Positions 28,265 through 42,093 of a stretch of 64,000 nt of DNA are shown one piece after another. This DNA is from Raillietiella orientalis. Taxonomy: Eukaryota. The stretch lies in NCBI GenBank assembly GCA_036172245.1, contig JAYWIR010000022.1, positions 1,240,001 to 1,304,000 on the forward strand, read 5' to 3'. How positions within the stretch are numbered: position 1 is the stretch's first letter; every line of letters begins with the position of its first letter. The notes beneath the pieces are model-generated. The model saw nothing but the letters and a program-made list of their open reading frames with translations. It made no database searches and was not told the DNA's origin. The position numbers and the translations under genes were made by a program.

Positions 28265-28560
28265 AGAGCAAGTGACAGCCGATGACGTCATCAGAGTTCT
28301 GGATGTTTGGATAGCCCATCTTTCTCCTAATGCGTTCCTCCCGTCTTCCTTCACCTCGTTGTACTTCATACTTTCCTGAATCCCAGTATACTAAGGATTT
28401 TTACGACGAATCTCCGTGCCGAGACTCCTTTGGGAGAGAAATGGCAAACGAATCAACAGCATGCTCTTCTTTTCTGTTGGCCTGCTTTGTCCTAAGCCGT
28501 TGAGACTTCCAGTATGGGAGTCCATCCCTCGCCTTACAGCACGAGGTCTGGGAAAAGCAG
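28265..28560 (-). mobile_element. Second, more decayed RLE-type non-LTR 3' fragment
   Basis: Minus-strand translation FPDLVL*GEGWTPILEVS followed ~220 nt later by ERIRRKMGYPNIQNSDDVI. Motif order and spacing are similar to the copy at 36.4-36.8 kb. Confidence 0.4.
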
Positions 28561-31199
28561 GTAATTAAGACTTCGGAAACGGACTTGGACGATGGCCACT
28601 AGTTCACCTTGTTCTGCTGAGTCCTTTTCGATTCGTGCTTCCATCTCGCGGCGTCTAGCCGATGTTAGGCTTCCGCTAAGATGATCGAGTGATCCGAGTG
28701 AATCCTTTTGTACTAACTATTTTCTTTCTCCCGTTTCTGTTGGGCATGGCTCATGTGGACAGCGTGTTTAGCTATGCTGCGGGGACCAACCTGAGATGTC
28801 CTAACCGCATGGCTGGATCTAGGGGAAGTGTCCTGACGCAGGATGTTGTCCGGAGCAGTGGCTCATTTTTTTTTTTTCTAGTTGATCTGTCAGGGGCCAC
28901 TTCCGATCTCAGTTCTCAGATCACAACGAGCACTAGCGCCTGAGAAGCTCGAGAGCAAAGACACATTCATTTCCATGCCTTTCATGCTTCGACCTTTCTG
29001 CTTGGAGCTCATTCGCTTGAGTCCCCATGCAGACCACCAGCAGTCATCAGACAACCTCAAATCCGGCTCTAGATGAGGTTTTGACGGCCCTTTTCAAGAA
29101 ATCGAAATCGGTCCTTTGAAAAAGGAAGCTGGGGTTCCTTTCCGCAAGGCAGGGTGTGAAGATGGAAATCCTGCAAACGACACACTCCTCTGAACGCAAG
29201 CGTTCGCTTCCTTTCCTGCTTCCCATTTGGGGAAACTAGAGCTTCTTCCGCGGTCATCGGTTTCCCCTCTGCAAATGGTCCCTTTTTTGCTGGCGCCTGA
29301 ATATCCTCTCGTCCAACCCAACCTCGGTTCATCGAACTCTTCTTCGTTCTGCCTCTCACAGACTCCATCCACTTCACTTCTGATTTTCCCCTGGTACATC
29401 CCGGTCTCCGAGTCGACAGTTCTGGTTACTCGATCCTTTCGGTGATGGACAAGTGAGCCTTCTTGTTCCGACGTCACATACAGCGTGAATGTTTCTCTTT
29501 TCACACCCACAGCTCTTCTCAGAAGGGGGTGGCGGTATTTTTCCTTACTGAGTTCCACAAACTTGCATGTCTGAAACCTTTTCCTATTTCCACAAGATTT
29601 TATTTCATGATTTTCCATCTCCTGCATCTCTGTATTTCCGGTGGAAGTCTTACAAAATACCCCCGAAATTGATCGAAACATTTTCAGCACTCCTTAAGAA
29701 GCTGAAAGCACTTTTGGTGGAAAGCGGAGGATTGCTGATCGACTGGTTCCCCGAATCTCTCTTGCGCTCAACTGGTGGCAACTGAAGTTTAACGTCGCTG
29801 ACATTGCCTGCCCAGCTACGCGTTTTCACCCATTCACACCACCGACAGGTTCCTCCTCCGCAATTAGCCTAATGAAAACATCGAAAGAAAACTTCAGGGA
29901 CAAAATTCGCCATTGCTGAAATCTCTGTAAAATAGGGCTGCTTTCTTCCTCCTAAGGGTTTTTTCTTTTTCGGACACCGTCCCGTCTTCCTTCTGTGAGA
30001 AAATTCGTGATTTCCTGTTCTGCATAGGATCCGCATGTTGAGTAGCTTTCCTTCTTTCTTTCTCCTGCCTCCTCATGCTGATGAGCTCGTGCACATTCCA
30101 CAAGCAGATAAGGACCAGCTAGCTGCCTGGCTCGATGATCAGATTGATGAACCCTGGGAGGCAGGAGACTTGGATATCACTCCACGCTTCCAAGCAGCTC
30201 TTTGTCTCTTTCGTCTAAGAGACATCTGCCTCTCAGCCACCGAGACTTTTATCTGAGTGGTTGTCAAAGGTGAACGGCAAGCACGCGAATCCGAGCAGAG
30301 ACCTCAGAGAATTCACAGACAGACTACATTCCGACGACCTCCTCTCCCAAGTTCAAGCACAGGTACACACCGTCTCTTCCACAGAGGCAGTGTCCGCTTC
30401 TTCACTAAGAGGTCCAACTTGACTTCCAAGGACCTGTCTGAGCTGCATGCAGGTGTGCTGTTTTCCAGGTGCGGAGACCTCTGAGGCCGTTCTTTGTCGA
30501 TGATCGCAGAACTTTCCCCGTTCACTTGGGAGCGGAAGGAATTTTGCTCTCAACCTCCAAGAGGGATGTCTCTGAGATGTTTAGACACTTTTCGCTACCT
30601 CACGGGTAATTCCGATACCATCCGGGATGTTTTCTTCTTTGTCCTTCTCCTGCAGATCTCAAGCTGCTTTTTTTGAGTTCTTCTTTTGATCATTTCCTTG
30701 AAAATTTTCGCGCAAGCCGCTGTTATCCACGCTACCGTTATTTTCCGCTGGTTCGTGACCTCCCTTACAAAGGGTTGCTCGTTGTCCTTCGTTACGGGGA
30801 CAGCGCCTCTGCCTTTCCAAGCTCCGCAAGCTTTCCGATAGGCCGCAAAGGTCAGATTCGCGTTCGAAACCTCGAGATTCCCTGCAGACTCGCCAACCCT
30901 TGTCGTTTCTGTTCGAGCTTGCCCGCGTGAACCTCCGAGTGGATGACAGATCCATATATCGATACTGTGGTTCGCAACCTGATCAGGCCAGGACGTTGAC
31001 ATAGCTAGGAAGGCCTTTTAAGGACACTGCAGGGGACGCCAACATGCGGGTGGGCAGGAAGAAAAACTAGTGCAGTAGGGAGTAAATGTAGGAATTACAA
31101 AGAAAAAAGGAAAAAAAAACGTGAGTAAATAAAATAGAATCAAAGTACATGCAGAAGTTAACACTGGGAGAGAACACCTGCTGTGACCAGGGTTGGTTA

Positions 31200-31740
31200 A
31201 CAGGAAGGAAAGGTCACTGGGCGGCTGTGGCCACGTCGTTCTTCCAACCTGCCTGCGATGCAAGCAGGCTGGAAGAAATGCCTTATGATCTCCTCGATTT
31301 CCGGACGGAGATGAGACCATCTCACTACTTTCTTTGTCATGGAGGAGCCGAAGAGTCGTTCTCGGATGCTTCCGATGTTCCGATGCTCCACCGCCGCGTG
31401 GCGAATTGCCACTGCCACTCGCACGTAGTATTGCATCGCCAGCGAGTGAAAATCCCTGGAGTGCAAAGAGTCATCTGCCAAGGGGAGCCCCCAGGTGTCT
31501 GAGGACTGCTGCCACGCGTTGCTACCGCTACAGTCCGACAACAGATGCGGAAGCCATTCAATCGACCCGCACCCAAGAGGAAGCTCTGGTTGAGTGTGGG
31601 AGCTCTTCGCGACAGCGGACCTGCTCGTGTATCCGCGGGATTCCTTCTGCTTTCCTAATCCGGGAAGAACGGGATAGGGCCTCCCTTCAGAATGGTTCAA
31701 CTGGGACAACGGCCTCCGGTGTACAAGCACGTGCATCTCC
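31200..31740 (-). mobile_element. Possible decayed non-LTR retrotransposon fragment (CCHC zinc-knuckle-like)
   Basis: PLGCGSIEWLPHLLSDC at about 31530-31580 resembles the C..C...E.L.H.L..C knuckle of non-LTR ORF2, with the first Cys lost. Boundaries are uncertain. Confidence 0.35.
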
Positions 31741-34051
31741 TTAGAAGGTGTCCTTGTGGAGCGGCTCCACTATCACCCGCGGAGTGCTTCCCTAAATGTC
31801 TGAGAAAATGGTAAAAAGAAAGCGTCTTCAGGATCTTCAGTCTCCAAAACGTGATGAAAACGGTCTCCTGCCCGAGCACAAGCAAATCTGGAAAGGACCA
31901 ACACTCACCAAACACTGCCTGATGGCTTTGTTATGGCTGCAGGCGTCTTCGGAGATGAATTTCGGTCAAGAGCATGGGCTGTTTCATGTTTTGAGCATTC
32001 TTGAGGTCCCTGCAACGGGGGACGCTCTGGGGATAGCAGTTTTGTGGTGGAAACAGCAGCACACATCTCCTATCATTCCTCAACAGCCTGTACTGTGCAG
32101 GAGGGGAGAGGGAAGTACTCTACATCCTTGAGGTATGTCCAGATCTCGCTGAGGTCGGCGAAATCCTTCCTCGAGGTGGACTTTCGGCCCATGGCCTCCG
32201 TCGCTACTCTCTCACCATGGAAAACGCAGTATGATTGAGCTTCCTTAACACTCATCTGAGTATGGCGTGCTACCAAGAAGCAGGGAAGTTCCTTGTGCTA
32301 TACCCAGAGAGGCCCCCGAGAATCAGGATGACCTTCCGTAGCATCTCGGAGTCGCCCTCCCTGGTCCAGGGCGTTCGAGCTTGATCGAGGTCTGCGTGTC
32401 GTCTACGGTCCACTGTACAAAAAAGGGAGAACAGTTCCCCAACATCTTCCCGCGACACGGAGGGCGTTGGTCGAACGAAGCAGCGGCAGCCGCTGCTTCG
32501 TTCGACCATCGGCCGACGGAAAACCTGTAGCCTCGGACAACAGAGATCTTCGTTTTCGGGCCTCAGACTCCTAGCTTTCGAAGACTTAGTCAGAGGGACA
32601 AGGGCTGAGGCTCTCTTCTTCGAGGGAGCGAATACGAGGGGCGGGTGCTCCCTTTCAGGAGGGTTGGGTTGATTCCTGGCATCTTATCGCGGTGGAACTC
32701 TTAAGCAGAATGTCCGTCGAGTCTGCCTCCAGTAGCGTAGAGTCGTTGCACGAGACGGATCACGCTGCTGGTTCTCCAAATGTTTCTGGACATTTTCGCC
32801 AGGTCCTGCTTTGCTCCTCCGTGGGAGCGAGGGAGGACAAATAATTCGCCTTCCCGGATTCCCACTCACCCTGTGAGAAGTTTCGAATGTCGGCAGTAAA
32901 GAGAGAAGGGAGTATTTCGCTACTGCTCCCTGTTCTCCTGTCGAGCAAGCCGAGTGGTCTGGCACGAGCACCTGCCGGCGCACCCTCTGGAGAACGCTGA
33001 TTGACAAGACCAAGGACTGCGATATGTGGAGGTGTTCTCGGGCCCGTGCTCCAGTCGCAGCGTGAGAGCAGAGGAGCGGAGATTTCCATGATGCCCAAAT
33101 GGGCAGCGCGTAGATTTTATTTGATGTGATCACCTGCCCGAGCACTTTTCCGCATCGTTTACTGCATCCGTGCGGAATCATGTGATACGTTAACAGTGAG
33201 AGCTGTTGGCATGGCTCCCCGCCGTGACGAATGAGCAAGTGAGGATGAGAAGCTGGCTTTATGTGCGAAGATTGAACGCACAAAGTACAATTTCATTATC
33301 TGTTAATGAAAATCTGTTTATCTGTTTCTCATTTTCTTTATCTGTTAATGAAAATGAGAAATCATGGAAATTTTTAATTCGTGATTTCACCGCTACGGGG
33401 GAATGCAGGACAATTAAAAATGTTCCTTCAATCACGTATCCGTCTCGCAGGATTCCAGACTCTTGAGACTCTTTCTGGAATCACTCGGGAAATGTCTTAT
33501 TAACGGCGTGGCAAATTAGTAGGTATCCGTTGCTAACAAGGAAAGCGACGACGGGAGGTCGTGTAACATTTCCACGTGCTGTTTGTTTCTGCGCGCACAC
33601 GTTTTGTTTTGAGCCGCTTATCAAGGCCAGCCCGGACATGAGGAAGCTGAGGCGTTGACGCATCCAGCGCGAGCAGCTCCTGAAAGCAGCGGAACAGTAG
33701 AAGCCGCCTCCCGCTTCCTGTGTCATTCGACAGAAGGGCGCATATCCACACCGCCTCTTCAATCTCTCTCTTCGGCACGTGGCTACTCTTTGCGATGCTG
33801 GCCCGATCTGTCAAACCAGTCGGCCTCTTCGAACTCTTTCCCTCTTCTGAGCTGTCTTCGTTCTGCAAGCAGGGTCGATGCACTTGTCCCCTCCCCCTCC
33901 TCCCACGTCTCGCCTTTTGGGGAATTCCCGCTCCCGACTACCCGACTGCATTCATTCCCGAGTCCGGATCGCTGGAGTGCTCCCGCAGCAACCCATATCA
34001 TGTGTTGTCATGCTCCGTTTGGGGGAGGGAAGGACTCGCTTATCTACTCTT

Positions 34052-34078
34052 GTCTTTCTCTCTCTCTCTCTCTCTCTC
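34052..34078. repeat. (CT)n microsatellite
   Basis: Direct reading: ctttctctctctctctctctctctc. Confidence 0.85.
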
Positions 34079-36399
34079 CCGGATGCAGTCGTGTTCAATC
34101 ATCTCCGAGGCAACTGACTCGGAAAAACGGCCTCTTGGGTGGAGCGTCTCCGACACGGCTAAGAAACCGGAGACAAGAAATGAGCTCAAAGTCTTGAGTA
34201 GCCCGGCGAATGGCGCAACGTTTAGAGAGAGGGCAAACAACGCAAGGGTGGGCGGCGAAGGCGTGGCGACCGTGCAAAAAGCGAAGCAAAGCGTGGCCTC
34301 AGAAAGGGCAATCGTTGACTTCCGCGCTCTCGTGAACTGTCCCGCAACCCCTGGGAAATCGATCCTAGGCCAGTATTAGAGGAACCACGGCTGTTTTCTG
34401 ACCACGAGTGCGCTTTCCAGTCTCCGTGCGATAAAAAGAAAGCGGGTTGCCCTCCCTTTCTTTCTCTTCCCTGTGAGTTGACGGCTTTCCCCTAGAGGGA
34501 GCTGGCAGGATATTCGCGACTGGCTTTACCTATGGCAGATGCTGACTGCTCACTGTGTGTTAAAATGAAAGGGGGGAAAGGGTAGAGGGACGGGTGGGGG
34601 GAGGAGGGGGAGAGAAAGAATGCTTGAAATTGAATGTTTTTGAATCATAAAGAACAAATTGCTCAAGGGATGTGTGTGGAATGAGCTCTCGGATTCCTCT
34701 AAATCAGTGTCATTCGGATTGGAATGCACGAATCCCCTTGGGGTGCGTGGGGCACCTCAGGGGTATGTGGAACATTTTCGACAAAGGCTGGAAAAATAAT
34801 AACCAACGTTCCATGTGCAAAAGAGAGCATGAATAAAGTATGTGCAGCTCCTTGCATCGCAAGTGAACTCTATGCCTACTGGAGTGATTGGAGTTGGAGT
34901 TGAGACGCCATGCATTTTGTGGGAAGCATCTCAGATGGGATGCAATTTTCCCACTACATCCTCCTGGAAGGAGGTTCCTGGGAGAGAAGCATTGCTCTGA
35001 ACGCAAACCAGAAAGGGCTGGGTCCTTGAAAGGGCGCAGTGCCGGCATCACATCGGGCGAACTCTTCGCCTCGCTCGTCCCGCTACCATCCGAGCCCTCT
35101 CGTAGATCACACAAGGTCTTCTGTTCTTTTGCTACGATCCTCTCAACTCCAGGGCTTGCGTTCGGTCTTCGCCTGCTTGCATCAATTACTATGGCACGTC
35201 CAGATGGGAAGAGTTTTCACTTCTGGCCCCGTCTTCATATGCGGCGAGTACCAATAATAAAGCCGGCCTCTAAATGACGAAGAACGACCTCCTATGCTAG
35301 CGAAGGATAAACTTTTTTTGTTTGTCTTTTCGGGATTAGAAAGTTCCATCTTAACTGACTCCCTCTTCTTAGAAGTCGTGATGCTGAAACTGCATCCATT
35401 CTAGCCTGATCCTCTATGATTGCCTGCATGTGCAAGAACGATATCTTTGGCTTGTTAAAGCTCATCCCACCTTAGGGTTCGAAACCGAATAAGAACCCTG
35501 CTGCACCCTCTCTGCTATTATTTCTCTCTCCCTCTCTCTCTTAACTTATGGAGCACGGGAGCTCATGATTCGTCACAAGCGAGAGACCTCTTCCTCCCCA
35601 CATCCAAAAAATTCATGTGGAACTGAATGTGGCGTGCTGTAGCCCGTAATCCTGATTCATCTTGACAAACGAGTTTTCACTCGGAGTAATAAGTGCGAGA
35701 GCATGAAGTGTTCCTCCGCTTTTTGCACGCATCCTAATGATCTTCCTCCGTTGCTATTGTTCTTGGCTGTGGAATTGATTATTTTGGTTATTCCTGACAG
35801 CGCAGGTTCTGATGGGTGGCGTTCTGCAGTCATTATCAGAGGTGAATGGAGTTTCGCTCTCGCTCTCAATTTTTTTTTTTTGTGTGTGTTTTTGGCGGGA
35901 GCGCACGTGTCCTTGCCTTCGTTCAACCCCGTCGACGGAGCACGCGGGCCTGCGAGCTTCGAAACACCCGTAACTGCGCGCGGGGAAGAATACCTACCGA
36001 ATCCCTCGATTCTACACGCTCGATGCTCCGCCTCGAGCTTCCGCCTTCTTTCTCGGAGCAGGTCTCCTAGCTCCTCGTTCACGGGATGTCCCCACCAGCG
36101 GTTCCTCGAAAAAGCGGGGAACTGGAAGGGAGGATCGGAGCGGATCCGCATCCAGCCTGTTCCCGCCACATTGGTAAATCAGCGCGGCAGTTCTGGGACT
36201 GCAGCGATGAGTTGCGCGCAAGCAAAACTGGGCACTGCCCTCGAACGGTAATCGTTTCGGGTCGACTCGTGTGACGTGGGTTGGCCTCGGAGCAACTTGT
36301 CCAGCTGTGTGATTCGGATGGGGGACTTCTAGCGGTAAGCTCTGGATCACGTGTCTTTTGAAAAAGAAGGTCTGGAAATTTCGTGCAACACCCAAAATG

Positions 36400-36810
36400 G
36401 CAGAGGCACCTCATCGACTAGCCACAGACCACCATACAGTCGTGCCTCCAGAAGAATCAACCACTCCCGATACTGATTGGAAACTGTGAACTGATCTAGT
36501 GCTCTGGAATGACGAGAAAGTAAAAATCGCGGACGTTGTCTGCCCCGTACGAGACCTCTGTTGGAGCACTAGCAAAGGAAGACCGAAGGAAGGAGAACGC
36601 TCTCAGAAGATTGGCTCTCCCATTCGCCAGCAAGGAGTACCAGCACCCTCATAGAGACCATCAACCACAGACTATTCTTAGGCCTGTGCAATCAGAGAAG
36701 CGATGTCATTAAAGAACCTCAAGAGATGGGTGGAGTGCATCAGGAGGAAGATGATGTGCTCCAACCTACGCCACCACAGAGAGATCTAGTGGACGTTGGG
36801 TCACCGGCCG
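36400..36810 (+). mobile_element. Decayed 3' end of an RLE-type non-LTR retrotransposon (NeSL/Utopia/R2-like)
   Basis: Manual translation across one stop and frameshifts: WKL*TDLVLWNDEKVKIADVVCP/YETSVGALAKEDRRKE...KRWVECIRRKMMCSNLRHHREI. This resembles the RLE motif (L/K)RPDLV...I.DV..P(F/Y)E...K and the terminal helix. Confidence 0.6.
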
Positions 36811-38188
36811 AGATTTGGCATGAATGACTTCTGGTGGATCGCTCATGTCGGCCATGGACGAGTCAACAGAAGAAGGAGGTCAACCGCCAGACCACGCAAC
36901 ACTGAAACTCAAGCATGTCTCAGTCCAGTGGCGAAAGCTTCGGAGCCGAACTAAATTTAGGAACCTCGAGGGTGAACTCTTCCGACAGAGTGAGCTTGAC
37001 CTCCTGCTCTTGAACTCCCGTCGCAGATCAGCCCTTTTTACGGAAACAGTGGTGACCTCCTCGAGATATTTTGGTCGGCAGGTCCAACGAGACCCTTCGA
37101 ATTCGAAACTTTACCAAAGGAGGCAGATGACGTGCCACCACTTGAGTTTGTCCTCCTGAAGGCAAAGACGAAAAACTGGTGAAAGAGCACGTCAGCGAGA
37201 GAGGACCGTTTGTATCTCTCCCACCGACACTGTCACTCTGGATATGGAGCAACACGAACGCCAGGAGCTCACGACAAGAAAGGCACTTTGTTTTAGCGAT
37301 ATGTCAACGGTGACACAGCTGGCAAGATTTGAAAGATCCCTCGAAAAAAAAAAAAGAGGAGGAGAGATCAGAGGGCTGACGATCCTGCCTTAGAGATTGA
37401 AATGGAAGATCCTACAACTGCCTCTGGTGGAAAATTCCGAGAGCAAAACGATCCCCACAGAAGGGAAGCTCAAGCGGAGAAAAGTGACACTTAGCTGTTG
37501 AAGATGGAGAAAATGAAGAAAATGGAAGTGCGGGTTCTCGAGATATGAGATCTAGAAGGAAAAAAAGAAAAGAAAAAAAAATGGAAAACTGAAATTTCCT
37601 GGAAGCCTTCTCAGTTTCATGTACCCGCGAATTCAATCACAGAGCACGAAACATGACCCCGCAGAGCAAGGCACAAAGCTCCGAGATCGAGATCACATCA
37701 GGAAAATTTACCCACGCAGATTCCCAGCACCTCCATCCCTCTTCATTCTGGGCACTTTGAACTGTTCGGAGGGAGGCACCCCTAAGATTGCTTAGTCAGG
37801 AGTGATTTTCCCGCATCTCCAGCAATCGGATCGATCGAATCAAAGATGTAGCATGTGGTGGTCTCAGAGATGAAAATCCTTTCCAGAAATCATTGCGTGC
37901 CCTACCCCCCTTTCTCGAAATTTCGAAACAAATCGAAGAGCCATTTCCAATTCCCCCAACTAGAAGCATTTGCATTCGTCACCAGACTGCCTGATCGGCG
38001 CCGGCAAACACGCTCCACCAGCCCTCACGGTCTTGCAGAATGATAGGGGACCCTCCCTCGAGGAGCGATTGGAAGCCAGTGCATGCCTGTTTCGCTTCGG
38101 CGCTCCCTTGATCAGCGGTGTTGCTGCCACCCCGATGATGCGATGCGCTCCATTCCTGCATGCGCGCTAACCACAGTCTGTGCTTCAG

Positions 38189-38473
38189 TCTTTCCCACGG
38201 TCTGGACCCAAAACCAGCTCGTCGGAGCGCCTTCCGGAACAGATGCTCTCCTGGAATGCGACACCGAATCGTACCCCAGGTCGATCAATTACTGGGTTCG
38301 GGAAGAAAACATGATCATGAACAACGGGAAATACGAGGCTAGAGAATCGAGAAGCGGTTACAAGACGTCCATGAAGCTGCTCATCAGGAACCTTTCCCGT
38401 GAAGACTTCGGCTCCTACAGTTGCATCGCCAAGAACTCGCTCGGCGAGGTGAACGGACTGATTCGGCTGTACG
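38189..38473 (+). CDS. DIP/lachesin-like protein, exon E (Ig3)
   Basis: Acceptor tgtgcttcag| and donor G|gtcagt. Encodes FFPTVWTQNQLVGAPSGTDALLECDTESYPRSINYWVREENMIMNNGKYEARESRSGYKTSMKLLIRNLSREDFGSYSCIAKNSLGEVNGLIRLY. 285 nt, phase 1 to 1. Follows a ~15.1-kb intron. Confidence 0.95.
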
Positions 38474-38737
38474 GTCAGTGCCACTGAGATCTTGAACCTT
38501 CCTCTCTAAGAAATCGGTGCGATGCTGAGCGAGAGCAAAGCAACCTGGTGTTTAAGGTCTTCTGTGACAGCATCTCACTTTTCCGGATGCCCTCTCTTCA
38601 GAACTACTGAACGTCTCCGCCTTCGTGTCCGCATCCCCTGATATTTCTAAAACCTTGGACTCTGTGTTTTGTTTACTTTGCGCACTGTGCACATCTGACA
38701 TATCAGATATTCTTTTCTATTTCTCTTCTCGTTTCAG

Positions 38738-38791
38738 AGGTTCAAGTGCCTTCTATGCATTCCGGCTATCAAGAATGGAAAGATGACGAAG
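38738..38791 (+). CDS. DIP/lachesin-like protein, exon F (post-Ig3 stalk, small exon)
   Basis: Long polypyrimidine tract ending gtttcag| and donor G|gtaggt. 54 nt, phase 1 to 1. Encodes EVQVPSMHSGYQEWKDDE, giving the LY-E junction usual in this family. Confidence 0.7.
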
Positions 38792-41700
38792 GTAGGTCAC
38801 CGATTTATTGAGTTCCCTTGATTCCTCCGTTCTCTGCGACCGAGACTGCAAGGAACCTCTACCGTGCAACTTTCGGCACTCGTTCCAGAACCGGGAAAGA
38901 CGGGATAGGGTGGCGCCTCTGGGTTTTCTTTGTCTGGCCGATGCGTTGGATGACACGATTCTTCTCTCTTTGCCCGGTTGTTTTTTGCTTTCAAGCAGCA
39001 AGCAATAGGTGCGCAATTCGGACACCTCAGACATCCGACGTTCTCGCCACCGAGCTCGGAAAGAGGAGGAAAGAAAAGAGAATTGAACCTTTCCCTCCAA
39101 AACTAGAATTTGAGGCTGGCGGCGAAACGCTCAAGGGGTCCTCCCTGACTGGCAACCGTCCCCAGAGCGTTTCCGAACCTCGTTCACGAGGAAAAGGCTC
39201 GATTGGAGTAATTGGTTTCAAAACATGAGATCGCCTCGCCATAAGCGACCATTTTCAACCTACGTCTACGATGCTATAGACGTAGGAAACGGCCGTGGAT
39301 CGTGGTCCTCTTTGCATTTCTTTTCGGCAGAAAAACCCAAACCCGCGAATTCCCAGCATCTGATCTTCTCCGAGCAACTACTACTCCAGTTGGCTGACTT
39401 TTGTGCCGAAACAGGGATAGTCGGAGAATCTTTCTGAGCCATTTGATTGGGGCAAAAGGCATTAGAGCTGTCATTATCACCCAGTTTTCCTCGTCCTTCC
39501 GGCTCCTCGCTTCTCTACGAGCACCAGACAGAAAGGACACACAAACTGACATCCAAAGTGTAGTCGGATCACTTTCTACACGTGGAGAATGCACGTGAAA
39601 GACAAAGTACGCCTTTTTGATCGCCTTAGCAAAGAGGCTTGGATTTCAGCTTTGTCTTTTGTTTCTTGAGCAGTCCATGAGTGGGGTCGATTTATTATAA
39701 TCTTTTCTCGTTTGCCTGTTTGTTCATTCTCCGTGTATTTGTCGGTAGCTCCACCGTCGCTCCTGAAACAGCTCTTACCCCTCCCCTTTCCTTGTCCTCG
39801 GCTGCTGCGACCGGGTTTCGCCTAGTACTCTGGTCCTGCCCTTCTTTTGGGCTCTGTTGCGTCTCCACCTGATCTTTTGGAAGAGTTCGCCCTTGGGTGA
39901 GTCAGCAAAAGTGTGAGAGACACCTATCAGACTGGAGGACCCTCTTCGCGACCCTGGCACGAAGCGGACGCGAGTCTAGGAGGCGGGGAACGCCCGTCCC
40001 CGGCGAAGAAGACATCGACAACTGGGAGCAAGTTGGTTGGAGGGAATTCCACGGCTTAGCTGATGGATCCGTTTGCCCAAACAGCCCCATGTCGGCGACT
40101 GTCTAGCGCACTCGCGCAACTGTTGTACTTGTCGATGAAGGGCAACACAGACGTGTGTTCTTCGTATTCTTCAGGTGCTACCTTGTTCCCTCTTTTCGTT
40201 TCGTCTCTGAAGAGAGTTTGGCAGAGATCACCATCGAGCACGCACGTGTCGGATAACCACTGGCAGCAGTAAAGGAACAGCGATCGACGACCTCCTTGGC
40301 GGGATCTTGGGTTAAGACTGAAACAGATTTTTGGATGCATGAAGCAGCTCTTTGGTGCAAACACTGCATATGCAGAGCGTCGACTGCATCCTCTCTATTG
40401 CAGACCATCCGATTAAAGCATTCCCCCTCCGGGAAACGCGCACGAATGGGAACAAAGTGACTGTTCGAAATAACTGGGTTTCTAACATCCGATAATTTTC
40501 GAAACTGGTGTCCTGCCGAAACACTACTACCGATCTGCGCCTTCCCTTCCTTTCCTCTCTGCCTTCCCTTCCCCAGCGCTGTTCTTCGAAACACTCTGTA
40601 TTTTCTCACGAGAGATCCGAGACGTTGCATCTGTTTCCCACCTCCGGAGCTTTATTTCTACAGTAATCGAAAATGCATTGAGATTTGGTTTCCTCGATAG
40701 AGTTTTCCGACGTACGGTTCTTGAAAATCAGGTTCGTTGCCAAAACTGCTATCCTGTATTGGATGCTTGTGAGACAAAGTAACAATTTTTTTTTTTTTTT
40801 TTGAGTGAACCAGGAAGCGCACGGTATTGCTACAACTCTCCCAGGATCGCGTGGAATTTTAAAGCAGTCGGGAATATCAAGGTATGGCTGCCGTTAAGGC
40901 TAGGATGCAGTAGCCCATGCAGCATGGACTTCTAGCCACTGCCTCATGTCCCCTACTGGCATGAGTAGTTTTTGACACAGTTATAAAGAGAGAATGACAG
41001 ATTTCCCGGATTCGGCTGACGGTCCGTGCGGCAGCTTCCCAAATACTCATTGCAGTCACATAACATTCTCTACTTCCTTTGTGCTTCCCCACCGTTTTAA
41101 AGCTGTCTTGTTCTAAGCTGTTTTTTAAGCAAGCCTTCTGGGTGTCTTGGTCAGGATGAACCTTCAAAATGTCACTTTGCAATTTTGCCTTCTGCGTTAA
41201 GAAAGTAGGCAAAGGTTCCAGTGTTTTTTTGATATACTTACCCATCGAAGGAACGGGAAACCTATTGGCTTCAACCAGTGAAAATGGAAAAAGCAGGTCT
41301 TTACCGATAGAGAATGAGTCTCCACTGATGACCACCTGCTGGCAACCAGCTAAGTGAGAAACATGTTGCAAGTAATGATCAGTGTGAAAAATCGTTTGAT
41401 TCATGACAAGTCGGCGTGTCGGAACAACACGTCAACTGCTCATACAAGCAGCCGCGTCCAATGCTTCAGTTAGTACTTACGTACTCAAATTGCGTGTTCA
41501 AGGGGGTTATTCTTATGATGGGTGAATGAACGTCAGAGATGCTGAAACGGAAGGATTGTGGCATCAGTACCGAGCACTGTGACTGTCCAGCCTTAGAAAG
41601 CGAATTCTGGAGCCTGACTCACACAGACCAGAAAGAAAACGTTTGTGCACAAATTTGCCGACTTGTTCAGCTGGAACGCGTACGGGCTGTCCACCCTCGA

Positions 41701-42093
41701 GTACCAAAAAACGGTTGCGACGGACCTTCGAAAAACTGATTTCGGTATCGGTTTGTAGAATTCGAACCAAAAACTACGAATCCTTTGTTCAAATGTTCGT
41801 GTAAAATATTAATGGAGTTATCATTTTTCAGATTTAGTTGCAAGCCAGAGCAAGGTCTACGATCTAGGATTTGAAACAAGTGAAAATTTGGTCAATTCTC
41901 ATGCGGCTAATCCACAGACTTCTAGTACGTACGAAGTTTTCGTTTCTCCTTCCTTTGCTTTCAAATGCCTTTTTTTTTTTCTTTCTTTCTTCCTGAATAC
42001 CGCAGTGAACTTGAATTCCTGATTTCGAATCTTGAGTTTTGTATGGCCCATCTCCTGAAAAGTGGTAACACATCCCTGGATGTGCTCTCTTCG

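Noticed and set aside
23077..38188. Dscam-like mutually exclusive Ig exons in the 15-kb intron
   Set aside because: I found no duplicated Ig exon motifs in the ORF track or by manual reading.
40877..41404. 175-aa minus-strand ORF between the two genes
   Set aside because: No recognisable domain or splice context; possibly decayed transposon sequence, but unsupported.
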